This document shows positions 1-12,394 of a stretch of DNA of 64,000 bases, piece by piece. The notes below the pieces were generated by a model. That model was not told where the DNA came from and ran no database searches. It worked only from the letters and a program-made list of their open reading frames with translations. Both the position numbers and the translations under genes were made by a program. Every line of letters begins with the position of its first letter. Position 1 is the first letter of the stretch. The DNA comes from Paragordius varius (taxonomy: Eukaryota > Animalia > Nematomorpha). The stretch covers positions 9,052,001 to 9,116,000 of the forward strand of contig OZ176051.1 in assembly GCA_964247055.1 (NCBI GenBank), in the 5' to 3' direction.

Positions 1-649
1 TAAATTATCGAAAACGATAATTGTGAGACCGAAATCGCAGAGAAGTTTGGTCTTTAAGCAGATTATATATATATATATCCTTTGAATTTTAAATTTTAAT
101 TATTCAGACCAAGTTTTGTTTTAATATATTGCTGTTTCAGTATTCTCATTTTGCCTTAAACCTTGATAATAGATGCTTAACCGATTTAGATTCGGAAATG
201 TGATTCCATGATATGTACAGTCCAAATTTTATTTAATTCAAAATTATATTAATATTTAATATCTATCGGATATCCTTATATAATTATTAAAATGGCCGAA
301 ATAATTTGTTTATCGTGAAAGAATTACATCATTATATTAAATGTTATGGAAACAAAAGCATTAGTTTTGTAAAAATTGCTCTGGGTAGAAAGCGGCAACG
401 GACACCGTAAAGCGGGCAGGACTCATGCTGTAAAAATATTATTTTTATTGTTAAGTATAGCTTTTTTAAAATACAGTGTAAATATTTTTAGAAAAATATG
501 TCATTTCATAATTAAAACTTAAGTTTTCACCAGATATTACCAAAAATTTTGATACAGACATTATATTCACCTAAATCAAACTCAAAAAATCCCACAATTT
601 GAGTCCGCCGAAAACTAGGGCCTTTGTTTTATCATTCATTAATAAGCCA

Positions 650-1595
650 AATTTTGTCAAACGAACATTTGTGGCACGTGCCATCAGAAGAAAAAGATGT
701 TAAAAGCTATGGTTTGGAAACATATGGTGACCATGCTCTATTGATTAAGCCATGGGAAACATGGTTTTGGAATAATTAAAGTTATATTACTTGCAAAGGA
801 GAGGCGCTCTGGTGGACCACACAACTGCGAAAATGCTAAAGTGCACATATTGAATGATGACCCAACTCGACTTAACAACACGAGCGATGGGCAATACCAT
901 ATAATCTGTAAATTGGTCCCATATAATTCGAATAGACGTCCAATATCAAGCGACTTGTAATGTCCTTATTAACGTCACGAAAAGAAATCATTTTGGCATC
1001 GATTAGAGACGGGTGATGAAATGACTTTGTTTTAAAATCCAAAGCGGAAAACTGTGGCTACCCTGCAAAGCCGGCTCAACAATACCAGTCAAATCGCATG
1101 GGCAAGAAGACCATGCTATGTGTCTGGTAAGACTAGAACGATATTGTGCATTATAAACTTATGGGGCCCAGTAAAACCGTATACACAACACTATCAAAAT
1201 AATTGATTTAAACCATGCATCAATAGATAAACGACCGGAATGGGCCAGAAAACTGGCAAAGTGGTTTAATTGCAGGAAAATGCCTGTCTCAAACAACCAA
1301 AGCAATAAAACACCTTGAAATAGCTTTAATAAAAATCTTGCGCATCCGTTAAACTCTCCTGAGCTAGCCTCATCTGACTACAACTTCGCATCAATGAAGC
1401 ACACTTTCAGGGCAGCACTTTAATAATTTTGAAGACGTTGGAAAATGGCTTGACGAATGATCGCAAAAGACAATCAGTTTTTTTGGCACATTCATAGATT
1501 GGGAGAGATGAGCGGAATGTGCAGAAGCCGATGTCCAATAATAAATTGATGACTTACTTCACAATTGCATTATTTTTTACCAAAAAACCGGTAAA
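650..1595 (+). mobile_element. Degenerate Tc1/mariner (DD34D mariner-type) transposase remnant
   Basis: Manual translation gives mariner motifs in broken frames: ETYGDHAL (~718-740), FWHRLETGDE (~992-1020, cf. FLHRIVTGDEKW), LCVW (~1118) and NSPELASSDY (~1352-1381, cf. YSPDLAPSDY). Many stops and indels; boundaries approximate. Confidence 0.85.
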
Positions 1596-2789
1596 AATGG
1601 ACTATTATTCAATATGTTTGAAATGATAAGGTATTGCTATATTTAAAGATAGGAAGTTTATAAGAACCAATGACCCAAGGCCCAATGAAAGCAGAATGGG
1701 AACTTAAAAATTATAATTAATCCGAAGCATTTAAAAATGGAATTGGAACTAGCAAATAACTTGGACATCAACCAAAAACGGATTCCGGTTACAATCCTGA
1801 AAAATTTTAATATGCGAAATCTTTTATCGTGGCATTTTGTCTGTTAGATTTAGAATATTGTTGTTCTGTTACTTTTATTTATGTAATATGGAATTTATAT
1901 GTTAATACAAAAACTAACGTTCATCATAATTTGCAAAATTTAAAATTATATTATGATATTCACAAATAGAGTGAAGCTACGTTATTAATGAATCTTAATT
2001 ATATTTAAATATATACGTAACGACTGCTTTAAAAAAAACGTGTGATTAATCAGTTTTTTATAAAATTTTTAAAAATTTTTACCTATCGGATGAAAAAATG
2101 CGATTGACTTGACACTCATTGTACCAAGATACAGAATTACAATAATTCAAATTTTCTAACTCCGTAAGGCATATTGGCAATCCAATAATTAAAAAAAACC
2201 AAAATTTCATTTAAACAACAAAATTAAAATAATATCTCAGCATTAATATCAAAGGTTAAATATCTTCATATATTAAAATATGAAGAGAGTACACTAATAT
2301 AAATATATTTTTTGGCAAAATAAATTTTTTTGTGAATTTTTGATTAAAAATATAATTGTATCACTAAACAATAATATTCTAATTCGATTATATTAATATA
2401 AATATCTACAATATTAATGATACGTGAAATGTTGGCTATTAGATGATTTTATTAATGGAAATTTTACCGAGCATAGCGATCCTCATAATAAAAGTGTGCC
2501 AAAAAGATGTAAATCTGGTCTTTCGGACCTTTTTTGGGGGAAGGGGGGGGGGGGGGTGGGTCAAATATTTTTGCCTTTATACGCGATCTGCACTCCGTTA
2601 ATTTATCATGATCTCATAATTTGCGGGTTTAAGGGTATAAAGTCCCCCAGCACACCCAATTTAAACAGTGTTAACAAAAAATATTTATTCATCAATCACT
2701 TAGTATAAAGAAACACGCTCAATTATTGGGAGAAACATACAAAAAAAGCTTTATTTTTAACACATAACCCTTTATACTAATATTTGTTT

Positions 2790-3900
2790 CTTAAGGGGTA
2801 ATAAATTGGCCCTTATTGAACTCATATAGTCTCATAGGTTTTCTGAAATTTGGCTCCAAAGGCATGCTGTATCTATATGGTGACGCAGTTTTACGCGAGC
2901 AGCCCCCTAACCAGGGGCGAAACAAAAAACGCTCAACTTAAAATTTTTGACTTAATTCGGGTAATACCTAGAAGTTGATTCCATATGCTCTCGTGGTATT
3001 TTCGAAATATTGCCTCAAAACCAAAAAGTCATTCTATGGTGGCGCATTTTTTTAGGGTAAGGGAGTAATTAATGGGTTTAATAAAAGCGCTCTACTTATT
3101 GTCTTTTTACGGGTAATATTTCAAGCCCTTATTGAACTCATATGGCCTGATAAGTTTTTAAAATTTGCCTCCAAAGTCATTTGTATCGATATGGTGGCGC
3201 AGTCGTAGGCGGTAGCCCCGTACCCAAAGGCCAATACAAATAAGACGTTCGATAAGAAATTTTGCCTTTATAGGGAAATACTTGGAATCATCGTTCATTC
3301 CATATGTTCTTGAAAGTTTTTGGAAGATTGGCTTCAAAACTAAATAATAGTTCAATGATAGCGCATTTTTAGGGCGTAAAGGGTCTAATTAACCGATAAT
3401 TAAAAAAAAACGCTCGACTTAAATTATTGCCTTTCTACGGGTAATATTTCAGGCCCTTTTTAACTTATATAGCCTGATATGTCTCTGAAAATTAACTCCT
3501 AAACAACGCATTTTCGATAAGGTGGAGCTGTTTTAGGCTGGTATCTTCCTACCCAGAGGCTGATACAAAAAAGCGCTTGATTATAATTTGCCTTTTTACG
3601 GAGAATACCTGGAATCATGATTAATTTATGCTCTCGTTAGTTTTTGGAATATTGATTGCCTCAAAACTGAAAAATCGTTGTATGGTGGCGCATTTTTTAG
3701 AGCATGAAGTTAACGGCTAATTTTAAAAATCCGCACGACCTAAATTTTTGCCTTGTTATGGGTAATATTTTAAGCACCTATTCATATAGCCTGTTAGGTT
3801 TACTGAAATTCCCCAAAGGCACGCTATTTTGATATGACGGGACAGTTTTTAGCGGGTATCTCCTTATCCAGCAGCCAATATAAAAACACGGCTAAAATTT
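2790..3900. repeat. Diverged tandem array of ~160-bp monomers with an alternating A/B (~320-bp) higher-order structure
   Basis: Anchor motif atggtggcgca-like at ~2878, 3036, 3191, 3355, 3520, 3682 and 3835. gcccttattgaactcatat-like blocks occur at ~2808, 3126, 3452 and 3773 and alternate with gggtaatacct/ggaatca-type blocks. Confidence 0.75.
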
Positions 3901-4302
3901 TTGTTTTTTACCAGGGCTAGAATCCTTATTGAATTTATACGGTCTAAAACTTTTGGTAAAAATAGATTCATAAAATTATTTTGTGGACTTAGTTTTTTTG
4001 AAAAAATTGGCATTTTACGGGGGAGCGGGTGAAAAGAGGGCGTAAATTAAAAAAGCGAACCGACTATGTACGGCGCAATCGAAAAAAGTAAATCATATTT
4101 GTCGAATGATCGAACACGTTTTCCCGAAAATTGCCTAAAAGACACGATTATTGTGCTGTTTTCAAAAAACTTGTTTTTAGACACGGGGTGGGCCCGATCT
4201 GGGGGCCTAATTCAAAAAAGGGCGAAGCTATTGTTGAGACATTCATTGATTATTATATTTTTTCGACATTTGTTGAATGAGTCTACCGGTTTTCCGGTTT
4301 AC
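3845..4302 (+). repeat. Interspersed repeat family R1, copy 1 (unclassified)
   Basis: Alignable by eye with 34940-35430 (same strand) and 60850-61176 (reverse complement), e.g. ggagcgggt.aaaa.aggg, cgactatgt.cggcgcaatcgaaaa, tctaccggttttccgg. Confidence 0.8.
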
Positions 4303-5430
4303 CAATATATAGATTATTTCCTATTTTTCAAAGCACATAATTAGGCCAGTTTTTAAAAGTCTTAAACGGCTCTACCCTTATGTTAAGATTTTTCGCAAAC
4401 ACGGATAAGCTTTTAATCTAGATCTTAAGAATTTTTCGCATGAATAATTAGTATATCGCTAATTGTTATAGGTCCTAGTGTAATGGAAAAAATAGTTTCC
4501 TTAAATTGTTCCTCGGTAGATATCCACCCTGTAACAAGGCTACCATACATAACCTGACCTTAAAGTTAATTTTAGAAAATATTGGAAAACCATATGGCTT
4601 GTATGGTTTTAGGCCTATTCCGTAGAGGTGAAAATTCCTAAAAAATCATCGAATAATAGTTCTTCTGTGCAGAAAAAACTCAAACAACTCATAAGATTTT
4701 ATTAACTATAAATGCAATGCGTTGGTATTCTTAAACATGGAAAAACCCAGAAATCCAAAACTACCCATTAATATTTAGCTCAATTGCATTATGTATGGTA
4801 AGCCCAATATACATTTTTTATATTGATTTTTTTTCAATTTTAAATCCAACCTTAAAACATTCGTTTAAGCACTTCAAAATGCGACATAATACGTCACAAG
4901 CGACTATTAAAACATACGGTTATGTGAAAAATAAATGACAAAATATCTTTCTATGAGAATACAATTTAAAAAAGATTTAGCCTATTTTTAATGGTTTTGG
5001 TTTAATTATCAATAAGCCATTGGAATAAATAATATGTGAGGTTTCAATATATCATTAATTATATTAATATGGAATATATTAATATTGTGCCATCATTGCT
5101 ATGTTGTTAAATCTTGGGAAAATATTATTTTAAACATTTTGTCTCATAAATGTCGAAATGTGTTGACTCCCAAATTTTATGCTATAAGATTATAAACTGC
5201 AAACATGAATTGAAATTGTTAATATACAATACAATTTATTTGAAATTAATATTTTTAATTAAGTATAGCATGTTCTATCTTCTATATTTTATATATAGAC
5301 ATATATATTTTATATATTTTGTTTGCTATCAAATATAAATAAAGATTTAATATCAGACTAAAGACTATTAATTATATTGCCAAATTTGAATTGTATAAAA
5401 AAGTAGATAATTTAAATTAAATTATGAATT

Positions 5431-7564
5431 TTAATTGTCATCGCTATTTTCCGATACATTTTGCGAGATAATGTCAGAAACTTCCTTATCCAATTTTTGT
5501 ACAAATCTATATATTATAAAATATATATATGACAAATATGAATTTTCGGTAATACAATTTATTGAAAAATACCTTAAAAGAGGTAAACCCACAAATATCA
5601 GGAGAAGTGCCGCTAAATAATAAACGAACCCATTCCCAAACCAGTTTATTATCGCGTGCTCTCGTGGCTGGATTGAAATGGCATAGACACGCGTAAAAAA
5701 GAGCGAAGCTAATATTGAAGTGATTGCTTCTGTACTGGACAGTAAAGCAAAAAGTTTTCCTATGATACAGATAATATTAATAAATATATTTATCTCAAGA
5801 GGTAATAACTAAAGATTATTGTAAAATTTGACATATCGGACACTTTGTATGAAATTGAAAAGTTACAAAATTGTTACGTGTTTAACCTATGCTAGCTTGA
5901 GGAGCATTTTGAATCATGGAAGACCTAAGCGTGCTAGATGGGAGCGCATCACCCATACTAATCAAAGCACCTACAAATAAATGCCAAATAATCATTTAAA
6001 AATTAACAATTTGGTAAAAAAAACGATTATTTTGTTTAAGTTTGCTACTTTTTGACAAATTACTTGGGATAAATTTAATGCATGCGGTGCATAAATTTAA
6101 TTAAATAATATGGTAAATGTAAATAATTTTTTATTTAAAACCTAAAAAAGCGACAACTCCGACAGGAGCAAAAGCAAACACGATAAAGCCCAGAGCTTTA
6201 GATATTATTCCAGCAAAAGATAGCCAAAGGTCATGAATTTTTAATCGTCTTTTACAGAAGGGTAGTAGAACGGCCAAAACCAAAATGCCTCCCAACTTCC
6301 ATACCAAAAGAAAATTTGCAAATCGGCTAGAGTTCCATTTAAATCGATGAACCACATATAGGTAAAGTGTATCGAATTCACCTATTATTATATAATAAAC
6401 ATAAAAATATATAAAGAGCGATGCATATTGAATGAAAAGATAAAAGCATATGAAGAAGATCTTTACTGTATTTTATAAGGTAAAAAGAAAGAGTAATAAA
6501 AAATAGTTTAGCAAAGACAAAAAATTTATGAGAGTAAAAGCCTTGAAATAGTTTGTTTTTGAAGAAAAGTAATTTTAAAAAATTAGAGTAATACCAATTG
6601 TTGTAAAAGTCACCAGATTTATGAGTAGGCAAACACAAATGATTTTGAGATACACAATGGTTCTTCCTTCTTTTGTAGATTGGGTAATTAACCTTGCAGT
6701 ATTTTCATGAGTTTTAATAAGAGAAAATAGCCTGTTAAAGGGATATTTTATAAGTCCAATTATAAAAGAATTAGGATCTGAGGTTTGATCCAATAGGCTG
6801 TTTGTTATTATTGGTTTTGTATTAATTGTAAAAATAAAGATAAGATATAATAGGGCCGATGTATATATGCATGCAATTATAATGAAGATATTAGAAAAAG
6901 TCATGAAACTTAAAAGAATACTGCTAAGAGTTGATCCAAAAAGAATTCCCAATAAACCAGACATTTCAAAGAAGGCAAATCTCACAGTCCTGATGTTTTT
7001 ATCGTGCAAAGTGGCTAAATAACTAAAACAGGAAAGCATATGAACGGATAAACCTCCAAAAAGACCACTAACAAGTGAGCCAAGATACACATAATGTATA
7101 GTAATATTCATGTTTGCGGCAACGTAAAAATTAATAAGAGCACCCAAAATGCCTCCAATAACTGATAAATATATCGGAGTTTTCCTGCAAATCATATCGG
7201 ACCAAGTCCCAGCTAGTAAAGATAGAAAGATAATGGGAAGGGAATGAGATAGCGTTGAGAAAAACATATAGCGTGAAGCGAGAGTTTGAATTTTAACATC
7301 AGCATAAGAGCGATTTTGTAAATCAATAATACCATTTTTCAAAAATACTTTCGGTTGGATATTCAAGCAGATATTATGATTAAAATGAGGATATAATTGG
7401 ATCAGTGGACTATGGGAGTATTCAGTACAAAGTATATACTCTTGAGATTTTTGGTAAACCATTGCACTAAAAGTGGGATAATTTATCAGTAATGCAGTAG
7501 TAAAAATAAAAAAACATGGTTCAACTGTAAGCGACTTGGCCGCTTTTTTAAATTTTTGAATCAT
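5431..7564 (-). CDS. SLC46-family (proton-coupled folate transporter-like) MFS transporter, 5 exons, 518 aa: complement(join(5431..5506,5573..5759,5887..5970,6142..6381,6595..7564))
   Basis: Exon 1 is the 329-aa ORF (TVEPCFF, GTWSD..RK motif A, RTVRFAFFE). All four introns are GT-AG and phase-compatible and give TTIGEFDTLYLYMVHRFKW...LPFCKRRLKIHDLWL...STLRSSMI...SIGKLFALLSSTEAI, typical of SLC46. Exons sum to 1557 nt, ending at TAA 5431-5433. Ortholog within SLC46 not assignable. Confidence 0.9.
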
Positions 7565-8489
7565 TTAAATTTTATAAAGGTGTAACTTGTGTTAAATATT
7601 AAAATATACCCCAGAGCAATGTAAACTATAATGTTCCAAATTTTACTTAACAAATATTTATCAAATAGATATTAGGAAGCAATATGGATAGAAATTCAAA
7701 AAATAGTTTATATAATATAATTCCTGTTTATTATTATCGTCAAAAAAAAATATGTCAGGCTATAAATTTACCTTTAAAATACTTGCGTAAATTAATAAAA
7801 TGATTTACTTTTAGATAAAGCAAAATATCTAATACATTTACGGGTAGTTTTATATCTCATTGCAATTAAAAATTTTAATACAGAATTTACGGTATTACGG
7901 CAATTTAATTTGCGGTCAGGCCTTTTAAGCAGATTATACAAAAAAATTTTAAGTTACAGCGGCTGAAACTTTTTTTATAAATTATTTTTTTCGCTGATAT
8001 AACAGGCAAATAAATGTACATGGTCAAATAAATAATTAACTTCAAAAACTTTCAGGCTATATTTTATCAGCAACCACTTGATATAATTGTTTTTAATATC
8101 AGCTGTTCCTATGGTGTTTTTGATTCTTAATTTTAGTCTCTAGAAGAGACAAAGCTGTAAGAAAATAAGCTTCTTAACTTTAATGCATGCCTTAAGCGTG
8201 TTTTGAAAGTTAATTACACTGCGGCAAGTAGGCCATGTCAGAAAATGGCAAAATCTGTGCATATTTTTTAAATAAAATTATTTGGAAAAGCTAAATGCTT
8301 ATTTCAAAAAATATTACTATAATTATCTACATATATCAATCAAAACAATATTTCTAAATTTCTTTTAGCTCCAAAAGTCCCAAATTTTTCCTTCTTCTAA
8401 AGTAGTTCTCTTAAAATGAACAGAAAAAGCCGATATTGCGCGATAATTTAAATATATGCCAAACTAAAGTTTTTTTGATAAATACATAC

Positions 8490-8830
8490 TGTTTTCAAAA
8501 ATATATTTTTTAGTAAAATATTGTTGAAGCGTACTTTATATTATCTTGAGGCATACTTGAAACGGTATAAAAACGCTTAAAACTCTATTAAAACGATTCG
8601 ATGATGTTAAACATTTTCGCATCAAAATTTTATTGAAATATTTAATCGTCTTCAATATTGTTTTGTGTTTGATCCAAAAAAGATTCTTTTTGTAGATTAA
8701 TAAATATAATAACAATCTATCGCAAGAATACATCAAAGGTAACACCATTGACGTTTGTATACCGTTTCTATCTTGAGTTTAAATATGACGTACGCTTCAA
8801 CAAAATTTTGCTAAAAAAGTATGTATTTTC
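8490..8830. repeat. Small fold-back (MITE-like) element
   Basis: Inverted arms ~8505-8577 (ttttttagtaaaatattgttgaagcgtac...aaacggtata) and ~8752-8820 (tataccgttt...gtacgcttcaacaaaattttgctaaaaaa). A related structure lies at ~49805-50130. Confidence 0.6.
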
Positions 8831-9759
8831 AATTTCTTGTTGGTATCATAATTTAATACATATTTAAAATAATTATAGCGCAATCTTGGCATTTTATGTT
8901 GATTAAGAGAACTGGCCCATTTTAGACGAGCAAATTGGATAATTTCGAGCCTAATATATAAAAATATTGTTGTTTTTATATGTAAATTTATTTTGGAACA
9001 AAGCATATAGCTTACACCAAAAAAATTTTATTTAAAAAAATGTGCGTCACTTTGCCATTTTATAATATTGAGGACTCACCATTTAGTGTAACTTTCTTAT
9101 ATAACCCGTAATGGCCTAAAGCAAAATCACCATAATTATCCTTTATCATATCAAAATACACTGTGACACAACTTTTTCTGGACTCGATTTTCTAAATATT
9201 TTCTGATCCCTTATAGTATTGTGATCAGATTTGAGTAAAAAATTATTTTACTTACCCAGATCGTTTTCGAGATATGGGACTTTTTCCATATTTGGACATA
9301 TCCAAAATTTTCTTGTTTGTAAATATTTTTCGCTATGTAAACAAATAATATCTGGCTTACATAAGTATTTTTACAAGAAATTTCCAATTTACCTTCAAAA
9401 TAAAAAAAATTACCCAAATAACCAATACTTTTTGTTTTAGGGGGCAAAAACCCTCAAAAGTTGGGTAACTTAACATTTTTTTACACAAATATTTTTTATC
9501 AATTTATTAAATTAAAACAAACTATATTATATGTTCTTGGATGTTAATAATGTTTGTTTAAGTATATATATCACTTTGTAATAGCTTTGTGGACTTTTAT
9601 TTTTAAAAATAAATTTAATTTTTACAGCTTTTTTGTTGTTTTTTTATGTAAAAATGATTTAATTTACTCAGCTGTAAATACTAATTTCATTGTTTCATCT
9701 GAAATTTTTAAATTTTTACCATATATGATGTCAGATATGTTGGGATACTTTTTGATGTA

Positions 9760-11460
9760 TGGCACCGGCTGGCGCAACATCCTCTCCAGGCTAGAATCGA
9801 ACAATGACCGTAAATTCTTAATGACCCCGATCTTTAAAACTTACCGAAAAAACAGCTCTTGAAGCTGCGCTGATGAACGCGATTACGATTATACCCCGAA
9901 AACCTCGATCACTTTTAGGCTCTTGACAACGAGGAAACGCACCAGAGTTACTAATCCTATCCCGTTGGAAACCAACGCAATTCCCTGCTATATGACGATG
10001 ACATCGGAACCGCTGATATTTGAGGGCTGATCACCAATATTCAACTTTTATTTGAACCGGATACTTTGCTATAGATTGAATGATACTATTGCGAAGTCGG
10101 TAGTATTTTAAGGTTAATTCCCACTGCTGGATAAGGTATAAATTTTATTTTACAACGCTCTGTTAATGTCAGTTAATATTGATGTAATTAAGGTATAAAT
10201 TTTTATTTTACAACGCTTTGTTAATGTCAGTATTGATGTAATTAAGGTATAAATTTTTATTTCACAACGCTCTGTTAATGTCAGTTAGTATTCATGCAAT
10301 TAAGGTATAAATTTTTGTTTTACAACGCTTTGTTAATGTCAGTTAGTATTCATGTAATTAAGGTATAAATTTTTATTTTACAACGCTTTGTTAATGGTAT
10401 TGATGTAATTAAGGTATAAATTTTTATTTTACAACGCTCTGTTAATGTCAGTTAGTATTCATGTAATTAAGGTATAAATTTTTATTTTACAACGCTCTGT
10501 TAAAGTCAGTTAGTATTGATGTAATATTTGCAACAAAATCTGTTAATGGTAAACACCTATACAGTTTGTTAAGAACAGAGACTGCTTCCCACAGATATCC
10601 CACGAACAAAATGTACCACTGAATGTATAAAGCATGCAAGACGCGACTCTGAGTAGACTATTAGCCAATTATTGTGGGACGGTCCCGGAAAGCAATGTTG
10701 GAGCCGCTGATATTTGAGCAGGGCTGGTTACCAATCTCCGACATCTCTGTTGGTCGGAGTTGAGACTTAGCTCAGAGCAAGCTCAACGACCACTTATCCC
10801 GGGTTAGCGTCCCAGTTGAAGGTACAACTGAAACATGGTCGCACGAAGGGGTAACGTTGACGCTTGTAATGTCTAATATCTTCAAAATTGGTTTACCTAA
10901 AGGCCATACTCATTTAGAAGCAAAAGAAGACCCCCTTCCACACCAAAGATAAGAGCTTAAACTCTACATTTGACCCGACATAGACCTTTGACATTACTTT
11001 CTGGAGTAATCAAACCCTGTTTGTACGGTTATTTAAACTCAAATATTGCTTTTACCTATATAACAATGCGAAATTAACATTTCTTTTAAAATATATATAT
11101 ATATATAGCTTATTAACTATACTAACTCCCATTAACACAAATAACATGAAGGCATTTATTTATGTATGTAGATACTAACGTCAAACCAACCTCCGATGTG
11201 TTTCCCCGCTCTGAAGCTCAATGCATTACGGGTGGGTAGGGATTGCCTTGACGGCAGGTGGCCGACGATCTTCCGACGCTACATCCTTTACTTGTTTACT
11301 TGTTGTCAGATATGTTGATTCGTTAGCTTCATTTTTAAATATAAAAATATTAAATGGACAGTAATGATTCTTATATAAATTTGTGATTGAATTCTGAATC
11401 GGAAAAATCGTCTGCCTTTTGGACAAGTGAAGAACACACCTTGATACCATCAAATACATT
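9760..11460 (-). mobile_element. Possible degraded non-LTR retrotransposon 5' region/ORF1 (gag-like CCHC) nested in the Chapaev element
   Basis: GC-richer block. The minus strand gives KVEYW*SALKYQRFRCHRHIAGNC and VGDW*PALLKYQRLQH, loosely resembling the V..Y.P.P..C..CQ..GH..C knuckle of LINE ORF1. Weak and broken similarity. Confidence 0.3.
10133..10527. repeat. Minisatellite, 7 copies of a ~51-58-bp unit
   Basis: Unit aaggtataaatttttattttacaacgct(c/t)tgttaatgtcagttagtatt(c/g)atgtaatt repeated head-to-tail. Copies 2 and 5 carry small deletions. Confidence 0.95.
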
Positions 11461-11759
11461 TTATATATATATATACTTTAGGGATATGGATGATTCCCTC
11501 TTTGTCAAGGGTGCCATCTATAGAAGCTTATTACCCTGATGAAGTTTTACGATACTCGGAAATAAATTCTTTTTTAATAAAAGTTGAGTCACCCATAAAA
11601 TTTCAGTTGTTTAGGGGAACAGTACGTATGCCACAGGAAAATCAAAAAGTACCCTCATATACTAAATTATATTTTTAATAATATTTTAACCATATATTTT
11701 TATAAATTTTATTTGGGTTATCGTCTCTTCGGTTAAATTAGTTTTTTGTCGTTAACGTT

Positions 11760-12170
11760 TTATTTAATTTAAACTATTGTCGCCTATCAACAACTCTAAT
11801 CAAACCTTTGTTTTTTGCTGATATGTGTTTATTTTTGAGCATAAATTTAAGTTAATGATATTTTACCCCAGCCTGTTGGGATCTATATTTAACTGATTGG
11901 TTTATTCTACTTAGGCAATGTATGACATCGCCCAAGTATTTAAAATTAATTACCAATTCGATTTTGGCGTCTGCCATATAAAAGTATTTTATTGATTTCT
12001 TTCATACATTCTTATAAAAACAATATATTATCGATTTGCAGGTAGTTATATTACCATGACAAAGTACCCAATCGCAACAATTTGTATATCACATCAGCTA
12101 ATAGATTAGCTTTCAATATGGACGACTGTGCAGAGAAAATCGGAGAATATGCCATATCTTATCAAAAACG
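11760..12170 (-). mobile_element. LINE reverse-transcriptase fragment (RTE/CR1-like)
   Basis: Minus strand: DAKIELVINFKYLGDVIHCLSRINQSVKYRSQQAGVKYH*LKFMLKNKHISAKNK, matching the E.V..FKYLG...R...A motif of non-LTR RTs. Confidence 0.65.
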
Positions 12171-12394
12171 TTTAAATAAAATATAATACCATTAATAAAT
12201 GATTTCATCATAATATATTGAACTATATGCAAATCCTAATTATAATCAGTTATTAGAGTGAATTAGAATATATTTTGCTCAAAAGACGGATAATCTAATC
12301 TAGACTTTAAATAAATTAAATTAGGTGTAGAAAAAATAAAATAATAATTTATTTATCACATATATATAATCGCAAATTAAATTTATATTGTTTC

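Noticed and set aside
2536-2560. G-rich tract with G-quadruplex potential
   Set aside because: A single poly-G run next to repeat sequence, with no functional context; homopolymer length may be unreliable.
9211-9447. ORFs 9211, 9231 and 14502 as duplicated small genes
   Set aside because: They lie inside the inverted terminal repeats of the Chapaev element, which explains their similarity.
10133-10527. CRISPR-like regular repeats
   Set aside because: The units are head-to-tail with no unique spacers, in a eukaryotic context with no cas genes; this is a minisatellite.
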